Below are positions 1 through 13,003 of a stretch of DNA of 64,000 nt, one piece after another. Numbering within the stretch: position 1 is the first letter of the stretch; each line of letters starts with the position of its first letter. The notes beneath the pieces are model-generated. The model saw only the letters and a list, made by a program, of their open reading frames with translations, was not told where the DNA came from and ran no database searches. The stretch is taken from the NCBI GenBank assembly GCA_028534125.1, contig CM052817.1:14386001-14450000 (forward strand), in the 5' to 3' direction. Source of the stretch: Lama glama (lineage: Eukaryota). The position numbers were made by a program, and so were the translations under genes.

Positions 1-1900
1 CAGAAAGCAAACAAACAAAACCTCAAATAACCTTACATCTAAGTGAATCAGAAGAAGAAAAAACAAAATATAAACTTAATAGAAAGAAATAATAGATGAA
101 AACAGAGATAAATGAAATAGAGACTCAACAACAGAAAAGATCAATGCACTCCCTATCAAAATACCAACGGTGTTTTTCACAATACTAGAACAAATACTTC
201 TAAAATCTGTATGGAAACACAAAGGAATCTGAATAGCCAAAATAATCTTGAAAAAGAACAAAGCTGGAGGTATAACGCTCCCTGATTTCAAACTATACTA
301 CAAAGCTAGTCATCAAAACGGTATTTACTGGAACAAAAACAGGCACATGCATCAGCGGAACAAAATAGAGAGCCCAGAAATTAAGAAATTAACATTTTCG
401 GTCAATTAATCAATGACGAAGGAGGTAAAAATATACAATACTGCCTCTTCAGTAAACGGTGCTGGGGAAACAGGACAGCTACATGTAAAATCATCTTACT
501 GAACTACTTTCTCACACCACATACAAAAATAAACCTAAAATGGATTAAAGGCTTAAATATAAAACCTGAAACCATAAGAGTCCTAGAAGAAAACGTAGGC
601 AGTAGGTTCTTTGACATCAGTCTTAGCAACATTTTTGTATATGTCTCCTCAGGCAAGGGCAAGAAAAGCAAAGCTGGAAAAAAATGGGATTACATAAAAC
701 AAAACACATTCTGCACACAGAAGGAAACTATCAACAAAACAAAAAGACAGCCTACTCAATGGGAGAAGGCATTTGCAAACAATATATTCATAAACGGTTA
801 ATATCCAAAATAACAAAGAACTCATACAACTCAACATCAATAAAACAAACAATCCAGTTAAAAAATGTGCAGAGAACCTGGTAGACACTTTTCCAAAGAC
901 ATGCAGATGGACAACAGACTCGTGAAAAGATGCTCAACATCACAGACCACCAGGGAAATGCAAATCAAAACCACACTGAGATACCACCACACACCGCTCA
1001 GAATGGCTATCATCAGAAAGTCAACAAATAACAAATGTTAGCAAGGATGTGTACTGCTCTGTCGGTGGGAACATAAATTGGTGCAGTTAACATGGAAAAC
1101 AGTATGGTGGCTCCTCAAAAAAATTATAATTAGAACTACCATATGATCCAGCAAGTCCACTTTTGGGTTTTTATCCAAAGAAAACAAAAACACTAATTTG
1201 AAAAGATATCACTGCAGCAATATTTACAATAGCCAAGATATAAAAGTGGGCACCGTAAGTGCCCACTGATAAAGGAATGGATAAAGAAGATGTGGCGTAT
1301 TATATATATATACATATATATATATACACACACACACACACATATGTATGTATATATATGTATACATACACACACACATACATACATACATACACACACA
1401 CGATGGAGTGTTACTCAGCCACAAAAATAATGAACTCTTGCCATTTGTGAGAACATGGGTGGATCTAGAGGTTATTACACAAAGCGAAGTGTCAAACACC
1501 ACATGATCTCAATTATATGTGTATATGTGGAATCTGAAAAACAAAAGAAACAAAATAAAACCAGATTCACAGAGAACAAACAAGTGGTTGCCAAGGGTGG
1601 AGGGGTTGGGGAGTGAGGGTGTAGGGGGTTGCTGGGTGGAGGATGACAGGAAGGGGGTGGAGGGTAAAATAGGTGTAGCGGATTCAGAAATGCAAACTTT
1701 CTGTTAAATAATAAGTCACAGAGATGTAATATGTAGCATAAGAAATATGGTTAATAATATTATAGTAACTTTGTGTGGGAACAGATGGCTACTAGACTTA
1801 TCAGGGTGATCATTTTGTAACGTGGGCAAATATCAAATGATTATGTAGTACGTGTGAAACTAACATAATCCTGTCCATCAACAACTTCAATCAAAAATTT
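1..1900 (+). mobile_element. Old LINE-1 3' portion (degenerate ORF2 plus 3' UTR, L1MA9-like), internally deleted
   Basis: Degenerate ORF2 motifs (tccctatcaaaatacca, aagaacaaagctggagg, atgcaaatcaaaaccac, ccatatgatccagcaa), an L1 3' UTR ending cttcaatcaaaaa, and many stops and frameshifts. Confidence 0.93.
1299..1401. repeat. Compound (TA)n/(CA)n/(TACA)n microsatellite inside the L1
   Basis: tatatatatatacatatatatatatacacacacacac...catacatacatacacacaca is directly visible. Confidence 0.95.
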
Positions 1901-3221
1901 AAAAATCTGTCATTTCTATCGTTTCTGAAAATTTGGGTTCAGAATTTTAGCACTAAGGGAATTTGCAGATGAATCATCAAGATAAGTCAGAATGAAAAAT
2001 GAACAGAAAAATCTAAGGCACCTCAATTGTAAAGGAAAAAAAGGGGGCAACAGTATTAACAGTAGAAAAGCAGAGTGTCCTGGCTAAGGCCGATGTAAAC
2101 CCATGGATAGGGCAGAGCCAGCGTGGTGGGCGGATTCGCTCCTGGAAGAGGAGCCCTCAACTCTGCCCTAACTTTAGCCAAGTAAGAGGCCTTCTCTTCT
2201 GACTTCGGTAAAGGACAAAGCAATACCTCCACAGAGCTGGAGTGGATTCGGCTCCTGGGGCTGGAATTGCCATAGCCTTTGTGAGGAGAGTCACACAGGC
2301 CATCAAGAGACTGAGCACTTAGGAACCCTGCACATTTGGCTCGCTCAGTGCATTTTATTATTTATAAGTCAACTCCAAACTTCTGTCTAACTGGACTTTC
2401 TGTATTCTACACGTATAATAACTGCATCCTAAATTTAGATTTCTGATGTAAAGTTTAGTCCCAGAAATACTGAAAACACAGTTACTGCTACTAGCCAGAA
2501 TTCATACCTTTCTTGTATTCCAATATTGCCCTTCTCAGTAAAACCATACATTTTTTTTCTGTTGTGTTTCTGTTTTATACGTTCTCTACCGAAAACACTT
2601 CTGATCAGTTAGTAGATGTTTCATATTCAGGTCCACTTAAAAATACTGTATGTTCTGAGCACCATTTTAAAAGCCTGCAGAAATGTCATTTTGAGTGTTC
2701 CACGATTAAGTAGCTTATTTCTCCAGTGGTCAACATTTAGATGATGTCTACACTTTTGCTATAAATAATACTAAGATGAGGATCATTTCCCTTAAATTTT
2801 CATCTACACTTTACGCTGCTTTTGAGGTAGAATCCCAGAAGAGAGATTCAAAGATTAGGAATACTTTCAAGATTATTGAGATATATGACTAAGTGCTTTC
2901 ACCGGAAGTTGTAAAAGTTTTTTAGTTGGAAACTGCTTACGATAAAAATGTTACTTAAATTGCTTGGGATAAATTTAACATGCAGTGTGCTCTTTACCGT
3001 TAGGGTACCTGGCAGGGCTATGGGAGTGGGTCTAGCTGGGAGAGAACTATTCATCACTGCCACTTTCTAGTACTGCATGAGCATGGTGATAATAAAAAGC
3101 AAATCCACTTTTAGTTGGTTTTATCATTGTCATTAAACTCTAGGGACAATGCACTGCCTACTCATGCCTACAACTGAGGCATGCCACTGCTCTGAATTAT
3201 GTACACTTAAATACATAAAGA

Positions 3222-3371
3222 GGAGGAAGGGTATATAGCTCAGTGGTAGAGCGCGTGCCTAGCATGCACAAGGTACTGGGTTCAATCCCCAGGACCTCCA
3301 TTAAAATAAATAAATTAAATAAAAACCTAATTTCCTACCCCCACCAAAAAAATTGATTTTAAAAAATAAAT
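3222..3371 (+). mobile_element. Vic-1-type camelid SINE (tRNA-derived)
   Basis: tRNA-like head with A box (tagctcagtggtagagc) and B box (gggttcaatccc), an AT-rich body, the motif aaacctaatttcctacccccacc, and an A tail. Target-site duplication aaatacataaaga (3209-3221) / aactacataaaga (3372-3384). Confidence 0.92.
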
Positions 3372-3774
3372 AACTACATAAAGAAAGAGGAATATATCAA
3401 CTTTCTGACATGGGCAATATACAGGTTATTTACTCAACAGTGTTTATGGTACCCTTGTCACATGCCCACACCATTTAGGTACTAGAGACAGGATGCTGGA
3501 CAAGAAAGGGTCCATGCTCTCAGCGGTAAAGTGAGGGCTGATACGATGGGTGATTGTTTATTCTCTTCTGTATACTTACAGTGCCCAAATATGTAAAAAT
3601 GAACAAATTGCTTTTATTATAAGAACAATAAATGTGTTTATTGCTAGAAGTTAAAACTGGTAAAATGAAACCTAGTGATACTCATGCTTTAATTTTGCAA
3701 ACCTGATCCAGTACTCTCTCAAAAAACTCTTTTCAAAAAGAGTTCATTGAAAAACCCAGATCTAAAAAAAAAAA

Positions 3775-3874
3775 NNNNNNNNNNNNNNNNNNNNNNNNNN
3801 NNNNNNNNNNNNNNNNNNNNNNNNNNNNNNNNNNNNNNNNNNNNNNNNNNNNNNNNNNNNNNNNNNNNNNNNNN
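3775..3874. other. Assembly gap (100 N)
   Basis: Run of N. Confidence 1.
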
Positions 3875-4044
3875 TACGTTTATTCTATATAGTACAGGAT
3901 ACTATATTCAATATCTTGTAGTGACCTATAACGAAAAAGAATATGAAAACAAATACATGCATGCATATGTATGACTGAACTATTATGCTCTACACCAGAA
4001 ATTGACACAACATTGTAAACTGACTATACTTCAATTTAAAAAAA
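3875..4044 (+). mobile_element. Young L1 3' UTR end (camelid/artiodactyl type)
   Basis: Closely resembles the 3' end of the L1 at ~11410-11580 (accagaaattgacacaacattgtaa.ctgactatacttcaatttaaaaaa). Confidence 0.9.
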
Positions 4045-4544
4045 GAGAGAGGATATTAAAGAGTTCAAAGAGAGAGGATATTAAAAAAAACAAACTGAAG
4101 AATGTGGGTTGACAAATCATGGGAAGTTTCTATGTTCAAAATATGCCCCCCTCTTCTCTTTTCCCTCACCCTTTCCCTGAGCCCACTGATCTGCCCAAAG
4201 ACTTACCCAAAAGTCTCATGGAAGTCTCAGATACAGCTAACCACTGTTACTTTACAAACTCAATAGAACCATAACTACAAAAGGCTTTGGGGGACATTAC
4301 AATTTGTGTCTGAGTCATTGCTAAGTCACCAGATTTATTACTTGAACCTATACCTTGAAATGCTTGAAGAACATGTGCTTTTACAGGAGCCTGGGCAATG
4401 TGAATTATCTGGGAAATTTAAGCAAAGAAGGAAGGAATGAGCAGACACAATGAAAGCTCAGGTGGTGTCATTTAAGACCTGTGGCTGCAGCTTTAGGAAC
4501 ACAAGGTACCTTCCTAGTCATACGCAGGTTGCCATCAGGCACTT

Positions 4545-5020
4545 ACTCATTCACAAAATCACAAATGTTTGTCAGTGCACTTAGCTAATAACAGAGTAAT
4601 ATATGGATATGTGGAACTAAATAAAGAAGACAAAGCTTTGCCCTCGTGGCCCTTATAGTTTAATAAAGTTTAATAAAACAAGGAAACAAAATAAAATTAC
4701 ATATCTTCAAATTTGCTATAATATAAGAGAACAGAGTAGCCTGAGAGAGAAGGAAAAGGATCCCCTATTTAAGATGGGATGGGCACAGAAAGCCTGTTTG
4801 GGAAGGTGAGGTTCCATCTGAATTCCAGAAAACAGGGAGCCAGACCTCATGGGGTAAAAGGAAGAGATTTCTGGTCAAAGAAATGGCAAATAGGAGGCCA
4901 TTAAGCAAGACTGGTAGAACGTGAAGCCCCAGGAGACCAGTTGGCTGAAACGAAGTGAACAAGTAGGAGAATGTTAGAAGACAAAATTGGAAAAGTGGGC
5001 AGGAACCAAGTTATCACGTA
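4545..5020 (-). mobile_element. L2 fragment
   Basis: Begins with the reverse complement of an L2 3' tail (ttactcattcac...aaatgtttg...gcac), followed by a typical antisense L2 purine-rich body. Confidence 0.6.
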
Positions 5021-6519
5021 GAGAGCTATGATCAGTGGACAGAATAATACAGTTAAGGTGGAAGGATCTGGGTCACGTTAGATTGGAAGGGACTTAATAT
5101 AAATAGGACTGCTGTGAATTCAACCACATATGGGAAACCACCAGATCCTCCATTGGAGAGGAGGGACACAAAAAGATGAGCTCACATGGAACTCACAAAT
5201 TCACTGCTGTAATGCATCCTCTGCACAGCCCACATACCAGGAATTGGGAAGAGGGGTACCAACTGGTCCCCTGTCCATTACATCAAATGGTTAAGCAAGA
5301 TGGTGGAGCATGGTTACCAAGGAAATCAGAGAGCTAATCTCTCATTCAGGTTCTGCTTTATAACATAGCTACCAGTGCTAACAAGTAATACCCTTTAGGG
5401 AGGAAAGAAGTAAAATTGAATTCAGTGTCTCTAATTATGTCTATAACATGTACAATTTGTTTAAATCTGATAGAACTGTAGGTGAAATGATGACTCATTT
5501 CATTACTCCCGAAGTCACCTACTTCTTGAGAGATTTTTTTTTCTTTTGACACAAGTAATGCAGGTCATAGGAGGGACACTTTTTTCTTCCCTTTAGATAG
5601 AATAGACTTAGGAATAATGAAATAATAAATAACTGAAATTCAAGTCCATTTCAAACAAAAAGGAATTACAGTGATATAATACTATTGATCAGCTGGGAAA
5701 AAAATGATTTCATTGCTACACTAATTCTGCTACCAATTAGATTAGTACAGAAAGGACTGAATGTTGCCACTTCAAATTAATTGGCCTTTCAAAGCTCAAA
5801 CAGAAATGGCCATTTAAAATCAGTTTAGGAAGACTGCTGGCACTGATTTTTTTTTTAATAGTTCCATGAAAAGGGGAAAAAAAATAAGTGCTAAGAAGCT
5901 TAAGGACATTATTAAACCCATTTATTACTCTTTTTTAAATACAGAGTAAATTATAGAAATTGTACCAAATCAACAAAGGGAAAGATAATAGGCCATAATG
6001 AAATATGTATTTTTAAATAGGAGAAAGCTATTAAATCATAAATGACAGACCCATTAGGAAGTTATATAAATGCTTCCCTTTCAAGTCATATAAATTCCAT
6101 ATCACCCTAATGTCTATGCTTCAGTAGTTTTATTCATTATCCTAAACTTCAGACTTCTCATTTTTTCAAAACACACTTCAAACAGATACTTCGTTCTTTT
6201 CATTTTAACAATTAAACAATTTCATAGTTGCATCTCTTCAAAATATATTCTGCTGTTTGTTAAAATAAATGGGACCTACTTAGTGGTTAACAAAATAGAG
6301 AACTCTGGGCTTTGCTGTCACTGCTATCTGGCACTTTAAGGAATTACAATGTATGAGGCTGGAAATGGAGAAGGCCCTGAATGGTCCTCAATTGCAGACA
6401 TCTTGTATATTTCCTAAAACCTTGCTGTCATAAGGACTTTCCACTGAGTAGGAAAAGGAAAAAAACTGCAATCTCTTCCCTCGTTTCAGCTCTTACCATT
6501 CTTGTGCTGTGATAAGCAA

Positions 6520-6720
6520 CTGGATTCTGGAGCCAGACATACCTGGATTCAAATCATGCCCTTCCACTACCATAACTATGCCCTTGAATAAGTTATTAAA
6601 CCATTTCTGGGCCTCAGTTTTCTACTTCAGATGATGGACACAATGATACTCCAAAGGAACCATTTACAATGATATAACAGGATCTAACACCATATTAATT
6701 GGATGCTCCACAAATATTAA
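6520..6720 (+). mobile_element. MIR SINE
   Basis: MIR core: tctggagccagacatacctggattcaaatc...ggcctcagttttct. Confidence 0.8.
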
Positions 6721-6814
6721 TTTTGCTTTCCTTAGAAGTCAGTTAGAACATGTTTTCAAAACCTGGCTCATTGAACCTGCATCTCACCAAATACCTTTTT
6801 CAAAGTCTAGCAAT

Positions 6815-7150
6815 TTCTTAGTGCATTCATGTTGATATAATACAGTATCACAGACAGGGTAGCTTATAAACAACAAAAATGTATTTCTTCCGGAGGATGA
6901 GAAGTCTAAGATCAGGGTGCCAACATGGTTGGGCAAAGGCCCTGTTCCTGGTTGACAGCTGGCACCTTTTCACTGTGTCTCACATGGTGGAAGGGGCCAG
7001 GGAGTTTTTATAAGGGCACTAATCCCATTCATGAGGTCTCCACCCTCATGACCTAATCACCTCCAAAGGCCCTACTTTCTAACACCACCACATTGGACAC
7101 TAGGATTCCAACATGTGAATTTGGGGGGAACACAAACATTGAGAAAGATA
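6815..7150 (-). mobile_element. MaLR solo LTR (MLT1A-like)
   Basis: agcttataaacaac...aagtctaagatcagggtgcca...ataagggcactaatcccattcatgagg...atgtgaatttggggggaacacaaacatt. Confidence 0.85.
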
Positions 7151-7277
7151 AGCAATCTACCTTAAAAGCTGAGTCAAGACTGCAGAATCAGACTGGGTGA
7201 CCTAGAGCAGATACATCAACTTTCCAAGCCTCTGTTCTCATCAAGAAGATGGAAACACAGTTTACTTCCTTAGGTGA

Positions 7278-7516
7278 GAGTGGGGTTTCTCTGTCTTGGC
7301 AATATACACATTTAGTCTGGATCATTCTTTGTAGTGGGAGTCTTTCCTGTGCGTTGTAGGCTGTTTAGCAGCATGACTGGCCCCACCCAGTAGATGCCAT
7401 GAGCAGCCCCACAATCAAAATATGTAACCATCAAAAAATGTCCCCAGATCCTGCTAAATGTCCTCTGGGGAACAAATTCGCTGCCCGCCCTTCACCTTCA
7501 CATTGAGAACCACAGG
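7278..7516. mobile_element. MER20-like hAT-Charlie DNA transposon nested in a MIR
   Basis: tcctgtgcgttgtaggctgtttagcagcat...cccagtagatgcc...aaatgtccccagat...tgagaaccac. MIR-like sequence lies on both sides (~7180-7270 and ~7517-7600). Confidence 0.8.
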
Positions 7517-8680
7517 GTTAAAGTAAGCACAGTTAAGTTATTTGCAAAAATTTTAACATGGTACCTAAAGCACTGCTACATTCAATAAACATTAGCTATT
7601 CATTTAAGAGATATTTATCTCTTCAATATTATACATAAGCATTGTCAGAATGAAGAAACTGTCCAAGGAGAAGCTAGATTTTTCCACAGCGGCCCCAAAG
7701 CTGCCAGAAATGAAATGATTAAGCAGGATTCCTTTCATACAAATATTCATTTGGACTTTGGGTTTAGAATGATGCTAAAATCCCACTCTGCCTGATGTCC
7801 TTCTCGGGGTCATCCTGTCTTCTCCCACAGGTGCTATGCTGCGTCTCTTAAAACAAGGTTACATTGTGCTCCTCACAAAGCAGCAATTCAGAAACAGGGG
7901 TAACTCTCAGCTCTGCTTTGAGCTGATGCCGGTCTTTGGCTCTACGTGGGGCTGGCACAGGCTCGCTCCTGACTGCAGCTCCCTTCAGGCTCTCCTTTCT
8001 CTCAAAAAGCCTTCTGCCAAGTTTACCACATCAGTAGCATTTTGCACAACTTCCGTATGTGTTTCCAAGGTGCAGCTATCACAAAGGAATGATTTCAACA
8101 TTAGGGATGGTGTTCGTAAACTCTTGAAAGAACTTCCCAGAAAATTAAAAATTTATCACAACAAGCAGAATCTACATTTCTGTGTGGCTTCATCAGCCTC
8201 ACCGCATTGGCACTGGGGAGTGGGATCAGTAATGAACCATCAGAAATGCCCCACGAGGCGCAGGCCAAGTGCCTACAACAGAGATTGTCTCAACACTGCC
8301 CTGTGGCATGTCTCCACAATGCCTGTCGGTTACCCAGTCACGCTCAGAGAATGCAGACCTCTACTCTCGAATACCGTAAGGGAATTATGAGTAATCCAAG
8401 CCTGTTGGGGTGGGGGGAGCCCTCATTTAATCCTACCAGCTGTTTAAGGCAGAGACAAGATCCAGCTGTGGCTAATAGAGATCTGGGTTCTCCTGGCAGC
8501 CTGCAGAAGTGGTTACTGTGTTGTCTTGGGATTGTCCTGATAGATTTATATCTATTCCACATCACCAGTAGGGAAACCACCTATCTCACCGCTTACTGAT
8601 GTGTGTTCATAAACACCTTATTGTTTAAGGCAAAAAAAAAAAAGTTTAAAGCTACATATAGCACTCATCTTCACAGAACA

Positions 8681-9371
8681 CCAGGACTGCAAACTTCATC
8701 ACTACCCAGTCAAATCCAGCCCCTCACCTGTTCCGTAAATAAAAGTTTAGTGAAACACAACGAGTTCATTTGTTTTTGTACCATCTATGGCCACTTTCAG
8801 GCTACAATGGCAGAATGGAGCAGTTGTGACAGAGACCAAACAGGCCACAGATCCTAAAATACCTACCACCTCGCTGCTGGTGTCTGCTAATGACTCTGAG
8901 ACACAGCCATGTTCTGATCCGTGAATGTGATCTTATTTGGGGAAAAAAGGTCTTTGCAGATGCAATTAAGTTAAGGATCTTGAAACAATGAGATTATCCT
9001 GGTTTATCCGAGTGGGCCCTCAATGACATGATAAGTGTCCTTACATGAGAGAGGCAGAGGGAGATAAGACATACACAGAAGAGAAGGCAATACTAATACA
9101 GAGGAAAGAAACTAGAATTTTGTGGCCACGTGCCACGAGATTCAAAGACTTGCTGGGAGACAGCAGAAGCTGGAAAAGGCAAAGATTCTCCCTCAGAGCC
9201 TCTGGAGGGAGCAGAGTCCTGCTGACACCTTGATTTTGGATTTCTGGCCTCCGGAACTGTGAAAGAATAAATATCTTTTTTTTTTAAGCCATTCAGTTTG
9301 CAGTAATTTATTACAGCAAGCCAGGAAACTAAAACACTGGACTTGTACGGAGAAAGCTTCCTGACTCCTGG
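8681..9371. mobile_element. MER58A-like hAT element split by an LTR insertion
   Basis: The 5' part is 8681-~8870 (gtaaataaaagtttagtgaaacac...gctacaatggcagaatggagcagttgtgacagagacc...cctaaaatac). The degraded terminus resumes at ~9337-9371 (ctggacttgtacggagaaagcttcctgactcctgg). Confidence 0.75.
8875..9336 (+). mobile_element. MaLR solo LTR (MLT1C-like)
   Basis: tgtgatcttatttgg...tttgcagatgcaattaagttaagg...gattctccctcagagcctctggaggga...ttattacagcaagccaggaaactaaaaca. Confidence 0.85.
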
Positions 9372-9498
9372 CAGAGACCTTGGTGCGCTGGTGCTCCCCT
9401 GCAAGTGTGCGGCATGGTGACCTGAAGCCCGAAACCGAAAGCCTGAAGGTCAGGGTGTCTCCAAACAGTCACAACCTGCATCGGTGTTTCCAGGTATT

Positions 9499-9841
9499 TG
9501 TTAGGGACTGAGTGCTTGTGTCTCCCCAAAATGCATGTGTTGAAGTCCCAATCTCGTAATGTGATGGTATTAGGAAGTGGGACCTTTGGGAAGTGATTAG
9601 TTCGTGAGAGTGGAGTCCGTAAGAGAGACCCCAGAGTGTGCCCTCACCCCTTCCTCCACGTGACACCCCAGCGAGAAGACAGGAACCCGGAAGCAGGCCT
9701 TCACCAGATACAGGGTCTGCCAGCAGCTGCCAGGTCTTGGCCTTCCTTCCCCGTCTGCAGAACGGTGAGACATCAATGAGTGTTGTTTAAGCCACCCAGG
9801 CTACCGTATTTTTGTTAGAGCAGCTCAACTGGACTAAGACA
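9499..9841 (+). mobile_element. MaLR solo LTR (MLT1A0-like) with TG...CA termini
   Basis: tgttagggactgagtgcttgtgtctccccaaaat...gactaagaca, flanked by a 5-bp TSD gtatt (9494-9498) / gcatt (9842-9846). Confidence 0.88.
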
Positions 9842-10657
9842 GCATTGTTCCAATATTTTTGGAAAAATAAAAGAACGTTTCTTGAGGTTGTGCAATTGTG
9901 ACGGTGTTTTTATATTTTATTCTTTCATTTACTACATACATATTTTAAAAACACACAAAAATAATAAATAAAAAATACTTCTGTGTCTCCCACCCAGCCT
10001 AAGGAAAATAAAACCTTACACACATTGCTATAGGCGTCCACAGACCCTTTCTGATGCTGTCTAAGTGTGATGCTTACCAAGCCTGTGCACCTCTTTTTAC
10101 ATTGACATCACAGCATGGATGTTCTTAAACTCACCTCTGATGTGCAACTGCAACAGTAACTCCAAGGTTTTTACTTAGGAATGGACCTTCTTGGTTATGC
10201 GGCGTGTGTGTCTTCTGCTCTACCCTATGATGCCAAATTGCTTTGGAAAGGGATGTAATAATTTACACTGCAAGCAATAGTGTTTCAGTGTTCCTATTTC
10301 CCCAATCCTTATCAACACTTGGCAAAAGCAGGATTTTAAATGCTTGCTAATTTCATGTGTATGAAGTGAGCATATTTCTTCAGTGTAAAGCTCTCCTTAG
10401 ACAACTACAATGTTCTTCCATGTAACTTTCCGGTCTTATAGTACACATAAGATAGAAAAGAAAAAACCTTCTGAAATACAAACCTAGTTTAAATTGTATC
10501 CAGTATATGGTTGGAGTATTGGTAAAAACACTGGATTAACTGTGTGTGACTTAGGTGTCATTCAGCTCTTGTGCAAGTTTTCTTGCCTATTACACAGGTG
10601 GCTAAATTATTCTTTCCATGGCTCTTTCCTGCCCTGAAAGTCTCTCCTTGTGTTAAG

Positions 10658-11600
10658 CATTTCACCAGTGAAGATATACAAATGCCCAACAGGCACATGA
10701 AAAAATGCTCAATATCACTAATTATCAGAGAAATGCAAATTAAAACTACAATGAGGTATCACCTCACACCAGTCAGAATGGCCATCATTATAAAGTCCAC
10801 AAACAATAAATGCTGGAGAGGGTGTGGAGAAAAGGGAACCCTCCTATACTGCTGGTGGGAATGCAGTTTGGTGCAGCCCCTGTGGAAAACAGTATGGAGA
10901 TTCCTCACAACACTAAAAACAGACTTATCATATGATCTAGCAATCCCAATCCTGGGCATATATCCAGAGGGAACTTTAATTTGAAAAGACACATGCACCC
11001 CAGCGTTCCCAGCAGCACTATTTACAATAGCCAAGGCATGGAAACAACCTAAATGTCCATCAACAGATGACTGAATAAAGAAGCTGTGGTATATTTATAC
11101 AATGGAATATTACTCAGCCATAAAAAAGAATAAAGTAATGCCATTTGCAGAAACATGGATGGACCTGGAGACTGTCATTCTAAGTGAAGTAAGCCAGAAA
11201 GAGAAAGAAAAATACCATATGACATCACTCATATGTCGAATCTAAAAACAAAAAAGAACACAGAGGAAACTAATGAACTCATCTACAAAACAGAAACAGA
11301 CTTGCAGACATAGTAAACAATCCTATGGTTACTGGGCGAAAGGGGGTGGGAAGGGATACATTGGGAGTTCGAGATTTGCAGATACTAACTACTATATATA
11401 AAATAAACAAGTTTCTACTGTACAGCACAGGAACTATAGTCAATATTCTGTAGTAACCTATAATGGAAAAGAATATGAAAATGAATACATGTATGTATAT
11501 GTATAATTGAAACATTATGCTGTGTACCAGAAATTGACACAACATTGTAATCTGACTATACTTCAATTTAAAAAAAAAAAGAAATAAAAAAAAGAAAGAG
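10658..11600 (+). mobile_element. Young 5'-truncated LINE-1 (ORF2 C-terminus, 3' UTR, poly-A)
   Basis: Translates [42 protein letters not shown]...[19 protein letters not shown], the ORF2 CCHC region with H replaced by Y. In-frame stops follow, then the 3' UTR and an A tail at ~11570-11600. Confidence 0.96.
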
Positions 11601-12509
11601 AATCCCAAGCAAATTAGGCAATTCTATTATTTTAATGTCTCTTTTATTCAGGATGTATGATAACCTGCACAAAACACACATGTCCCTTGGGTGACGTTCT
11701 GCTGTATCCACCAGTATGGAGCAGCAGCTGGTCCACTTGCCTCCAGCTGCCCTGGCCTTCTCTCACTTCCTCCTGCCACACGGCTTCCCACGTGCTGTTC
11801 CCTCCGCCTGGAACACTCTCCCCTCCTGCCTGGGCTTAGCAAATGCTTATCCTCCTTCAGGTCTCAGCTCAGATGTCACCTGTTTAAGGAGTTCTGCCCC
11901 CAAGCTTCCCAACGAGATCTCATTTCCCCGCGATGGCTTCCTAGTCAACAGGCCTATCCTTTCAGAACCGTCAGGTCTCCATCGTTATACAATAAATGGG
12001 GGTCAACATGAATCATGTACAAAGTGGGGTCATGTCAGTATAAAATCAGTGAAAAAATAATACTTTCCACTTTCCCTCTAAAGTCACAGAATTCAGAAAA
12101 ATAAACTGTGTAAGATACATAGTACAGAGTGGACTGAACTGAGAGCCCCAAACAATCACAAGGTATCATGTCCTAATGAGGTTCTACCCAAGAAATTAAA
12201 GACTGAGAATTGAAAACAGAGAATAAAGACTGAGCAGAGCACTGAAGTCAACTGAGTTATATTTGATCCCATGTTATTTTTGAGTGTGTGTGTTGTGTGT
12301 CGGGGGGGTGTTTCCTTGAGTTTTAGTCCACATAAAATCTAGCTTACATGCTGTTAGCCCGATGTCCATCTCCCCACCTGGACCTTAAACTTCATGAGGG
12401 CTGAATTCTGTGTAATGCTCAGTGATTATTTGTTGGAAGGAAATGAACATAAAAATGGGCCATAAAGGTACTTTGTGATTGGGGAAAAGAAGAGAATCAG
12501 ATACTAAAG

Positions 12510-13003
12510 AAATGAAATGGTTCCCTATCAAATTCAGAATAAGCTCCAAAGTCCTTGCTGAGCCCTACAAGGCACTGACTGGCCCTTACCCCACCTCCAA
12601 CCTCACATCATCGTCCCTCTCATTTGCCACCCTCCAAACAAATTTTTCTAAATTCCTCAGTCACACTGCCTAGAACTTTCTTCCCTCAGGTCTTTACTTG
12701 ACTGACTCCTCATCTTTCTGATGTTGGCTTGAATGTCACCTCCTGAGAAAAACTCCATCTCAATAGCCCTTCTAAAGCCAACCTCATCCTCCTCAAATCC
12801 ACTTACTACCTGCTGCTCATTTATTTCACATAACTCATCCCAGGCCTAAAACGTGTTGTTTCTTCATTTGCCTTGTTTCTCACGTCTTGACTCTCCTTCT
12901 CTACGGAAGCTGCACGAAGGCTTATTTCGCTGTTTCCAACTCCTATTATAATATCTAGCCCAGAGTAAGTACTCAGTAAATATCTGATGAATAAAGAAAT
13001 GAA
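12510..13003 (+). mobile_element. L2 3' fragment
   Basis: Pyrimidine-rich L2 body ending gtaagtactcagtaaatatctgatgaataaagaaatga. Confidence 0.7.

Noticed and set aside
3228..3300. tRNA-Ala-like sequence with A and B boxes
   Set aside because: It is the head of a Vic-1 SINE (body, A tail and TSD present), not a tRNA gene.
7836..8599. 184-aa and 130-aa + strand ORFs preceded by an acceptor-like tctcccacag
   Set aside because: No recognisable protein similarity or coding-like composition, and antisense to KCNIP4. Treated as chance unless RNA evidence exists.
10571..10984. 137-aa ORF with a Cys-rich motif
   Set aside because: A fragment of L1 ORF2 C-terminus from a 5'-truncated, stop-containing copy. 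I could not identify a convincing TSD either.
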